Below, piece by piece: positions 21,139 through 32,030 of a stretch of 32,030 nt of DNA (the stretch's first letter is position 1; each line of letters starts with the position of its first letter). The notes below the pieces were generated by a model. It did not search any database. It was not told the origin of the DNA and worked only from the letters and a program-made list of their open reading frames with translations. The stretch comes from Paraglomus brasilianum (lineage: Eukaryota). The stretch lies in NCBI GenBank assembly GCA_910592345.1, contig CAJVPI010000387.1, positions 1-32,030 of the forward strand. Reading direction: 5' to 3'. Position numbers and translations under genes: made by a program.

Positions 21139-24100
21139 ATGGCCTACTATGTTAGCGATGTTATGTATGTAGAGGATACGAGAGCAGCCAATGAGGATAG
21201 TCTCAGAGAGATGGAAGGCAAGTTGAATGGTCGAGGTGCCTTTTACTTTGTGGCTCTCAACTTACCTTACCTTCCCTACTGATAGATGTTATGCGCATGA
21301 TTAGCAATCAATGGGACTTCATGCTTGATGCCGACGTAAGTAGATAAAAAACAGCACGATTACACTGCTCATAATTTTCGAATTGCACTTTTTATCTATA
21401 TTTAATAAATATGCATTTCCTGCATCTAGTTCAATCCAGTTAAGCTTGCGCTGGCATTGCTTGACGATAGTTCTCTTGGTAAAGACTACGGAGCGTTTCA
21501 ACGTACCATGGATACCTTGAATAAAGCTCTTGGACTTATAGTAAATGGTAAAGCATGTTTTTGATCCGTTTCAGGTTGCATTTGATTCAAATGGGTTAGT
21601 AATCTTACTTTCTGTGTAGATTACTATCAGGGATTCAACAGCTCAATTGGAACATTTGGTGGTGTAATTATGAACATTGAAGGTAATTTAGAGTGTTATT
21701 GAAAGACACCAGTTTTGTGTTATGATGTAGAATGCATTATCGAGTACGAATATTCTTTTCATGATGAATCAGATTCTCAAGAACGAGTTTGCGAAATAAA
21801 GAATCAATTGAAGCAATGCAAGCAATCTTTACTGTCAAAGCGGGCGGATTTGATGCAGTTGTGGTTTCGTAGTCAACAATACAAAGAAATGATAAGGATA
21901 TTGGATTTAATGTATGTGGACAAAAGATATCAGTTAGCGAGTAAATGAAAATAGCATAACTAGTCATATTACCGGGTTTGGGTATTTTGCATCCAACAAG
22001 TCTACTGAATGCATTCTGAATACACAGAGAAGAGGTTAAAGGAACACCGGAAAAGCTTGAAGTCCTGATTCGTGAGAAACACTTTCTCACTGCTGCCAAG
22101 ACGCTTCTCGAGGCCATTCGCACAATGGACAGAAGAGAGATGGCTGGCATTGGGGCCCTGTCTGATCTGAAACGGTATCTTAAAGCACAACAGAATGTGC
22201 GTAAAAGTTTTATTCACATAGACCATTATTCCATCAACACCTATGACACTCAATTTAGTTATTAAGCTAACTGTCTAATAACGCTGTTACATGTCTTTCC
22301 TCTTTTAATCAATTAGTCATTTCACGAAGTCCTTATAGAGCAGCTTCATAACCATCTCTATCTCAAAAGCCCGTACTGTGATAGCCGATGGGTTAGATAT
22401 TCTAAGGACCAGGCTTCATGTAAGTAGTTAAAGCATAAGAAAGTATTATTAGTAAGCCTTTATATTAATAATGTGGGTGTACTGGAATCTAATCTAATGC
22501 GTCCAGGCAGTACCTGCAGCCATTTTTGACTTGAATTCGGAGAAGGAGATACGATCAGTGTCTAATCATGCGGATGGCATTGGAAGCAAGAGCCAGAGTC
22601 TTTCCGGTAATTGTACAAATTTTTAGTTCTGTCAGTCAACTTTAACGCACACGTGTTTAATTTTCATGCTATATTAACAATCGTATCTACAGTCAATACG
22701 TCAATATCGATAAACTCATCGCTGGTTCCCAGATCTCCTCGATCCCCAATGCTGACTTCATCGCCTAAACCAATAAGCCCTGCTTTGCCTAAATCAACAA
22801 GCCCTGCTTTGAATTCATCAGGAGATGATGAAGAAGCGGTATGGTGAAAACGCTGGTTATATTAATGCATAGTATTTTGACTGTTATATGGCTACAACGA
22901 GTTAATTATTATAATATTATTGTGATTATAGATTAAAGAAAATTTAGATATTAATCCCGAGTCGGATTCATTTTATTACATGGAAATAATATTAGAATCG
23001 CTGGCATTGATTGGAAAACTACCACTTGCACTGGAGGTTAGTGTGAAGGCTGATTTAGTAGACTAGCCTTTAGATTTATGAGACTTTAACCAAGCATACA
23101 TTTTTAATAGACGATAAGTCAAAACCTTCCAATAGAAATATATCAACTTGTGGACAAAACTATTGCTGAAGTAGAAGAACGGTAATTATTTTTTCCGAAT
23201 ACATCACTAAGCAATAGCGCATGTCATATTTAATAGCTCTATTGTAACAATTTTTTCAGATTTCTAGATATCTTCCTCTTTTACTTACACATTTTATTAT
23301 TCCCACTCACTGAACAGGCGAACAGTTGACGTGTTTGCGACGATGAATACTAAAAAAACTGATCACATGAACAGATATTTTTTTGATTCACCAAAAAACG
23401 AAACGCAAATGGAAATACTTCGAGATCTTCTCTGGACTTTATATTCGAAATTAGATGCTGTATTACAGGGACACAGATTTATTCTGAACGTTGTTGAGAG
23501 GATAAGTAGGGTATTTATCATTAAGGGTAGGGAGAATAATGGTGGATGGAGTGTGAGGATATCGGTCAATTGTAGAGCTTTAATTAAATTGATCATTACA
23601 TCCCAATAGAGGCCGAGTTACCTTAAGAACATTAACGGTAAGAGCTGTTCCAAGTATTCTGATATAATCAACGGCTGATAAACCAGTACTTCAGATGGTA
23701 AAACAGATGAGAAAGCTAAACATTACATACATTTTATTAGGGACACAAAAGATAAGAGTATATTCCTTCATAGAAATATGGAAACCAATCCAAAGTGAAG
23801 TATGTATGCTTTATATTAATTAACTATGTTAGTTCGTTTTCATGGTTTGTCCAATTATTCGCATGTGTTTGTTTGCTCGTTGTTAAACGTGATTGATTTT
23901 CTACCCTATTTAGCTACGTGCCTTGTTGCGAGATTATATCACTGATGATGAACGAGAGAAAGATATTTTTGCAACTCCATCGGCAACCATGAACGACCTC
24001 ATTAAAGAGAAAAAGCCACGAGACAGATCAAAGGTTTGTAATACGCATTAACTTGGTGCAATGGGTCGGCCTCATATTTTATTACGCATAACTGCTTTTT

Positions 24101-26913
24101 TACAGGATTACACTCTCATTATCTTCCTATGACTTCGCTTTATTTTATTGCATTCCCACAGCAACTCTTCAAATTTTCCGACACGGATCAAACGACTACT
24201 ATAGTCCTCGACAAACAATACAATGAAGATATCACAAAGGTGTTACAGAAATCTCTCCCAGATATATTTGGGAAGACTAACGGCGACCGTATTGTATTAT
24301 CTGGTCTAGTGGTTGATAAGTTTGCAAACACGAACATGACCGTTGGACATAGGCTGGTAGTGAGACCAGACCCATTCAATGTGTCAGTGTTGTTTGAGCC
24401 GACAATGGTATTTCTTAACAACGTCAAAAATATCGTTTCGTCTAGGTGAGTTAACCATATTAAGGTCAAATCTGACTAGGTAGTAATGAAAGATAATCGT
24501 CATCTTAACCTATTGGTTAACTCTCATTCTCTTTTCTAGCGGTGATGCAGGGACGGTTGACTTTTCGGTGTTCTTGGATGATTTCGTGTTTAATGTATTT
24601 TTGCCGCAAATTGAGGATAAGGTCATGGAGTTATTCGACCAGGCTACTAATGGTAGGAATACGTTGAGACACTGTAGATAATAACAGTTTGCATTCACAA
24701 CTTGTAAGCAACTATCTTAAACTCATCTTCATTTGTGATTAGACCCACGAGCCTTCCAAGAGGACGCTAAATACAAGAGATTTGCACCACTGCCTATTGT
24801 CAAGGTAATCAAATTGAATATGTGACATAAAAACAAACGACATCTGCATTTTGCCTTTATTAATGTAATATTGTTTACCGTTTATAGAGTGCGTCCTCGC
24901 TCATGATGCTTATCGAAAGTCTCTGCTCAATGCTTCGAACGATGTCTTTTCATAAAGACGAATATGGTAGAATGATAGTAAGAATATTGACAAAATACTA
25001 CGTCAATTGCTTTGAACAATATCAAGGTATATGCTGTTACAGTTAATATCTCGCGTATACATATACACTATCACATAAAATAACTTTTTGTTGTTCCTAA
25101 CGCAGCCATTGTATCCAAGAACTCGTTAAAAGATGACTCTTCTGACTCGAGAAACCAGCAGAAAATTAGTGCTACATGGGTACAGCAAGACCAACTTGCC
25201 GATGTGTTCGCTCAATATCCTTACCTTGCCGACGACGCAGTAAAGAACAAAAGAAGAAGGGCTGAGTTATGCAAAAAGGTAACCTTATACACGATACGGA
25301 GCACTTAAACTATTGAATACTATAAGCATTGACTTTCTTTTCCATTGTCTTTTATAGGAAATCAAAACTCTGATGAGATTTAAAAAGAATAGAATCATCC
25401 GAACTGGGGAGTTGATAGTCGATGGGAATAAGATAAAATCGGTTGCTATTTTGTATCATAGCTTGGTACGTGAAATGCATTATTAGTTGTGATTTATAGT
25501 GGTTTATTAATAACTCTCGGCAGAAATATTTATTGATTTATTGATTGTTTAGAAATGGTTTGTTGCCAAAATATGGCAATTGCGTGGCCTGGCATACGAG
25601 AATGTTGCTAGAATGGATGATGGTAAACTGGTAAGAAATTAAATTCCCATTTCTAATCTTGTATGCTAACGGAATATATAGACATCATTGTATCGAGATA
25701 TAACATTATGAACGTTTTTGTTAATGACGGCTGTAATAATAGGCCAAATCCAACCGTCGCTGGTCATCTTATGATGCATTGAATATGGCTAATGGTGTTG
25801 CAGTAAAGGAAAAAGAAAAGGCTAAGAATGAGGAAGAGGTTATGTTGCCACTGACTGGTGAAATGGCGACGTGAGTATGGTTTGTTAGGGAAATTGTCTT
25901 AGACCTGATTTAATTATTACCAAATATTCGTGAACCGTCTGTATTAATTTATAAACATCGCTTTTTTTTTGGACCTCCATCGATTCTTCTATTACACGCA
26001 GTCGGTTTGATGCACTACTAGCCACCTTCCAACAGTTAGCGGAACAGTGCCTATTTACTCTTCGTGTTGAGATGCGTTGCCATACTATGCATTACATAGA
26101 TCTTGCAACTAGAGAAGTAAGTAATGAATTATATACGTCAACTGAAGTCAGGGGAACATTTGCTTTTTGAACGGAATGATACTAACGTAATAACTTTTTG
26201 AATAGGGTAACTATCAGCTGATGGAAGAAGCAGTCGAACCTGACCCATATATTATCCAACTAAATGAAGACCTTGTCAAATGTGATGACTATCTTTCATC
26301 TAGTCTGCCTTCGCGAGAACACAAGTGAGTACAAGATTTGTATAATGATGAAAGATATAACGTTAATATGACTCCGACTAATCAATTCGTCTTTTAAGGT
26401 TCATCTTCGAAGGTCTTGATAAATTGATGGAAAAACTCCTAATCAACAATGTTACCTTTATGAAGAATCTAAATCCTAACGGAGCTAATAAGATGTTGCG
26501 TAACATCCTGGCTCTCCAACAGAATTTAAAGAATATCGTGGATAATCCAAAGGAAATATCTTTAGATAGAGCAAAGCGATATTACGAATTGTACAAACAC
26601 GGACCTGGGGTATGTAATCCGTAATATTTCCTCTTGTGTTGGATTTATTAGTACGCGCCAAATAATTTTCATACTATTCTTAAATGTTTCTTAGGATATG
26701 CTTGCCTCTGTACGGAATAATAAGAACAGTCGGGACAACAAGCCTGAATTTACGTTCGAAGAATATCAGGCTATGCTTGAGGTTATTTACAACATAGATA
26801 ATGCTAAAGAACCAGATACAGCTGGGAGACTTGATGGTGGACCATCACAAAATAGGCGATTGTTTAATGAGCATTTGCTTGAACTAAATGAATTGATGCT
26901 TGATTTCTTGTAG
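21139..26913 (+). CDS. SEC8: Exocyst complex component Sec8, mirror copy (~27 exons)
   Basis: Mirror of 5118..10892. ATG at 21139; exon 1 21139-21217, exon 2 21286-21335, exon 3 21430-21547; TAG at 26911-26913. Confidence 0.92.
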
Positions 26914-27382
26914 ACCATGTGATACTAATATGCTGATTTATAATTTATTGCTAGTTTGTTGGGTAGCGATGATAGAAATATATAATTAGAAATGGTTTTC
27001 TGTATTAGTATTAAATCGCGTATTAATAGATGCTTTACTATTATTATTATTGTGCCAACCGCCGTTGGATTTTTGATGTGGTGACATGCGATAGATATTC
27101 CTCATCCGAAGGTTCCGGGATCGGAATCCTTTGATATTACTATTACAAGTGAAAGTGAAACTCGATATAACGACACTGCTATATAACGACAACCTTGATA
27201 AACCGACAGAGATAGCGTTTACAATAAAACTTATTTAGTGTAACGACATTGTATGTAAAATTTCGTTATAGGTATAACGACATTTTTGGGAAATGCTAGT
27301 TGGACAGACAGGCATCGACGTTTACTATAACGAGACGATTAAATTAGGCAAATTCAAGTGATACACATCTCTGATCCTAGTA

Positions 27383-27545
27383 CAGTCAACTCTGTTTGGT
27401 TGGCATAGCTCTCTGTGTCCTTCCAGATCGGTATATGGAAAGTTTATAGGTATAAACAAAGAATTTTCATATGAAACGAACGGTGCGCAAGAATCTGCCC
27501 GTGAGATTCCGGTATATACATTTCCGGTATAAACAGAGTTGACTG
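27383..27545. mobile_element. 163-bp MITE, mirror copy
   Basis: Mirror of 4486..4648. Confidence 0.85.
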
Positions 27546-27729
27546 TATTTTTGGTTACCCGGTCTCGTTTGTTTACCTTAAGCACATAGTCGTAATCCAA
27601 TACATTCGATTGATTTATTGTCATTTACAAATAATGAGATTAATAAGCAGTAAAGGTAGGTTAGAAAGTTGATCTTATAATGTTCTATTCAAAATACTGG
27701 GCTTTTTTTTTGTACGCTCGAAAAAGAAT

Positions 27730-29010
27730 TAAAGAAAAAGTCTTAACGGTTTTCAAAAAAAGCAACTCTGTCAACGAGCGCGCGATGACACCAATTTAAC
27801 AACAACAACTGGCTAATGAATTTGGAATAGGACGGTCCTCGGTCGCTGAAATTCTGATAAGCAGATCAATATCGAGAGCAATACAGCTACAGCCAAATAT
27901 AAACGACGACGCACGCCGTTATTCCCACGAAGCTTTGGCATTATGGTTCGATAATGCTATTGAATGTGGGGTTTCAGTTAATGGACTTCAAGCAAGGCAT
28001 TAGATTTAGCTCGACTAATCGTACCAAATGCAAACTTCACCGCGTCTAGCCGATGGTTTACTAATTTTAAAAAAAGGCATAATATTTTTGAGATTACAAA
28101 ATCGGGTGAAGCAGCTACTGAACATCTTCTAGAGTACCGAATGGATTTGCAGACGAAAACGGCAACGGCCAAGTCCGAATTTATAATTGTGACGAAACTG
28201 CGCTGTACTGGGATTTAATGCCATCCAAAACTCGTGCTCATGATAGAATGTCTGGCGTAAAAAAATGCGTGACGGTGATGTTACGTGTAATGCTTACGTG
28301 TAATGCTAATAGTGATAAACTTCCGCCCTTGTTTATTCACAAATTTAATACTCCACGTATTCTCAAAGGAATCAGTAAAGCAAATCTGCCCGTTTGTTAT
28401 TATTGGATGCAGACTAGTATGTTTCAACATTGGGCTCCGTAAATTAAACGCTGACATGCACAAAAATTACCGCAAGATTCTCTTGATACTTCATCACATA
28501 CGTGGGACAAAGAAAACGAGTTAGAGCTACTCTTCTTACCTATTATATGGTCATTCAAGTCACATTATCGCAAACTGTGTTGTACTAATCGAATTGAAGC
28601 AGCTAACTCTGCACGTACCAATCGAACGCAGATCAGTAATTTCACAATTCTTGCTAGTTGGGAAAAGCCGCAAATAAGACTTTCATCTTTTACAAAAAGA
28701 GAGAAATTATCATGAGATGGATAGTAGTAGCGAATTGCTAATCTTGGGAATCGGAAAAGATGATTTGTTACCTGTCGCTGAGTAGATCGGAATTGACTCT
28801 GCTATTTGTGTGACACGAGGAAATAGATGAAGACGTTTCGAATGTTATTATTAGCGCATCAGAGGCCTCAGATTTGCAAAGGGATTAAAGGCATATATTC
28901 AGCAACAGAGCGAAATTGAAGTAAGTCTACCTTTTGTGACCGAGTTAATTAATTTAGAAGAAAACTTGGCAGTTCAAGAGATAAACTCTAAAAGATTGAT
29001 AGCTTTTTTA
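27730..29010 (+). pseudogene. pogo/CENP-B-like transposase remnant, mirror copy
   Basis: Mirror of 3021..4301. Confidence 0.85.
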
Positions 29011-29159
29011 GTTCTTGTAATAATACTTAAATTCAACGGTTGTTTTATTGTATTAAATTCTATCCAATAAAGTCAATGTTTTTTGTTATAATGACAATTT
29101 GTTGAACATTACTAAGCTGTCGTTATAAAAATTTTGGATATACTGACATGCTCGATATA

Positions 29160-29805
29160 TAGAGGGTACTCAAAAGCTTACGGACACTTTCTTATTGCAT
29201 AAATTGCTCAGTTTTATTATAATAACAGCGTCTTTCACAATAATAAAAAATGGTTCTACACTACTGATTTAGGATGTTTGTTATGTCAATTGTTACCTAA
29301 ATTGTCATGCTGTAAATATAAATAAATAAACAAAAAACAATCTGTCGCGTCTATTTTTTTTTTTTTAAAGAGAATCATGGGTAAAGGAAACAACTCACTG
29401 ACTTTCAAAGAAACAGTATTCTTTGTGGTCATAAAATCGGACATTCTAGCTAAAATCGTGGAATGTGGCCATTCAGCAGTTTCAGCTTGTATAAACCGAT
29501 ACAATGTTACTGGATCAACCGAAGCAAAGGCACGCTGGATGACCATGTCTCTTACAATCTTCAGATCGTAAAAAGCTTAAACGAATAAAAAAATTGTCGG
29601 AAATGTGAACGGACAAGAAATCTCTGTCTCAACCATTCGGCGTGCACTTAACTTGTTAAGACTTAAAATTGTGCTGCTCGTCGTAAACCATTTATTGCCA
29701 TTGAATTTCGAGAAGAAAAATCTCTCCAAACGCTCTCTTGGCCAGCCCAAAGTCTGACCTTAACCCAATAGAAAATCTGTGGGATGAGATTAAGCGAAGC
29801 CTTAA
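29160..29805 (+). mobile_element. Tc1-like transposon fragment, mirror copy
   Basis: Mirror of 2226..2871. Confidence 0.8.
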
Positions 29806-32030
29806 AAGTGAAAAAAAAAATTGGAAGTCGATTTCTCAAGATAAAATGCGTGTCGTTATATCGAGTTTCACTTGTATATTATTATTATATTTTGTCCACG
29901 TGCTCATCTAGATGATCATCACATGGATAAAAGATCCCCGTTTTTTTTTTCTTCACTGCGCTGCTGCTTTCTACTTTGCGTCACTTCTCGCGTTCTAACT
30001 CTCGGTAACTCTCCACGCATTGTTGCATTTTTCTTTTCTTTTCTTTTCTTTTTTTGTGCATTTGTCGTGTCGCTTGCTTACTCTTTGTCGAATTTTCCTT
30101 TGCTGTACCATTTCTCGCGTTCTTACAAAAGCGCGACAACAAAAGTATGACTTCGGAAGGTATGAAACCTTTTTTTTCTTCGTTGCGGTACCAACCTTCG
30201 GAACATACCTTTTGCCGTATGTAAAAGTCGTAATTTGTTACATATTTTTTGTAGAAATATCACCATCGTTTAGAGTGAGATACATAATAATGTGATTAAT
30301 AATTTAGTGAATAGTATGCCAACAGGGTTTGGAAGAAAAGGTTCATTGTGCTGTCAAGGACTTTGCAATAAAGAAGTTCCAGTTGCTCTACAACGCGCCG
30401 CAGCCAAAATATTAAAAACAGGTAGGCTTTGTTTAATTAAATACACCAATTAATCCGTTACGTGAAGTGGGCTGCGTCCCCAGCGCCGTGTCGTCCCGTG
30501 CTGGTGGAATGGCGTGTTGTTCCCCAGCAGCCTCACTTCTTCACGCATGAAAGCTTACCACACCCTAGCAGCCGTGTCGTCCCGCTGCTGGGGCATGGCG
30601 TGTTGTTCCCCCGTGGTCTGCTTGTTCTTGCGTGGGTCGGGTTAAGTTGACAGCAGATTCAGTCACTACGCTTAAATGATCTTTTCCTTCTATTAGCCGA
30701 TAGCTATAACAGACCACCTACTTTTGGAAGGAAATATTCGAAAATAATAGGCTCCAAGAAGGACGCGTGAGTTCCTTAATTCATATTCTATTACATGGGC
30801 TGATTAACGCCACCTATTTTTCGTCATCTGATTATGGAATTAAATTTTTATTACCAATTTAGGTTACAAAGCAGATGGGACTGCCTTGAAATTAGTGTCT
30901 ACTTCACTAGATTCTGAGAGAGAAAAAGTCTTAGATTTTTACAGTGAACCTTATCCTTCAAAAAGGATACATTCTACTGAGCATCTATCTTTCCAAACCT
31001 ACAAATCTGACAGCAACAAGAAATATGATTATTCTTTACAATATGCAAGTTTTTTTGCATTGCATTTGTAAGAAAGCAACTTTTATGTAGAAGTTGAGAA
31101 TTAGAACCCAAAATTTTTTTAATGAATTTCAATCTTTAGGACAATGGTAAAGATTTACAACAGACAGTGGATGCTTATTTAGTTGCTGTCACTTTGCCTT
31201 CTCAAATAGAATGTAATCGCTCATACAAATGACAATATAGACCAGGTCAAGTATATTAATATGGTAAATTAATAAACAACACAAAATGATTGATTTTCAA
31301 CTGATATGATAATAAGGCTTCTATAATCAAGACAATGAACCTAAGTCTTTTGTATTTGATTCATTTATCATTTGGATCAGACAATGAAGATGAGTATCTG
31401 CAGAAATTGACTGTGAAGGTGATAGTAAAGACAGCAAGGATGATTTAATTGATGAACATATAAAAGACCCTTTTGATAAATATGTAAACTTGGAAGATGG
31501 CCAGGTCATTGACATAATCACACAAAATACTACTAAATTAGCAGATCAGTCTCTAAAAAAAGCATGAAGGAGCAACCATCATTTATAATAAGTATTATTC
31601 AGTTAGACTTTTACATATGAAACAATTTGCTAACATGAAATATAGTAAGTCAAAGCAAAGCATTTTAAAATAAAGTTCATTAGGAAAGCTTATTTCCCCC
31701 CAAGGATTAACATCAAGCTTCTATTTAAATTTATTGTATTAATTGTAATCTTGATGTCATAGTATTCATAACCTGCATTTGTATGCACATGATATTTGAA
31801 TATTTGAAGTGTTAAGAAAATAGATATTTGTCAGAATTAACATATTCCAAATTCAATTATTCCGGTTTCCATGGTTTATAATTAACAAGAGAGTATTATG
31901 ACTGTACAGACAGATACCAATACTGTTGTGTGATCATGAGAGCAATTGCAGGGGCGGGAGGACAGAATAAAAACAATGTTACCATATGATTTTACCTGTA
32001 TTTGGTCATCTGTGGTTATTTTGAAAGCGT

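Larger units (their letters stand above)
27146..29874 (+). mobile_element. Decayed pogo/Tigger-like DNA transposon, mirror copy
   Basis: Mirror of 2157..4885. Confidence 0.85.
16178..32030. repeat. Right arm of the giant inverted repeat (reverse complement of 1..15853)
   Basis: Mirror of the left arm; begins CAGAGAATGCCTCACTCTC, the reverse complement of GAGAGTGAGGCATTCTCTG ending at 15853. Confidence 0.97.

Overview
AT-rich, intron-dense eukaryotic DNA, fungal by its Sec8 sequence (Mucoromycota/Glomeromycotina-like is my inference). The whole window is one giant inverted repeat: arm 1..15853 mirrors arm 16178..32030 (position x pairs with 32031-x) around a unique 324-bp spacer (15854..16177). 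Each arm holds a CpG-depleted relic, a nested set of decayed Tc1/mariner-superfamily elements (pogo-like element, Tc1-like fragment, 163-bp MITE), an apparently intact ~27-exon exocyst SEC8 gene, a ubiquitin-like pseudogene fragment, an intronless secreted 18-Cys protein gene and several local repeats. The symmetry centre holds the 5' part of a CRESS-DNA-virus-type rolling-circle Rep (HUH endonuclease motifs I and II). Upstream on the same strand are iteron-like repeats at 20-bp spacing and a stem-loop with the canonical nonanucleotide CAGTATTAC. The Rep is cut off exactly at the fold-back junction. The palindrome could be real or an amplification/assembly fold-back artefact; the ori + iterons + Rep module next to fungal genes is interesting either way.
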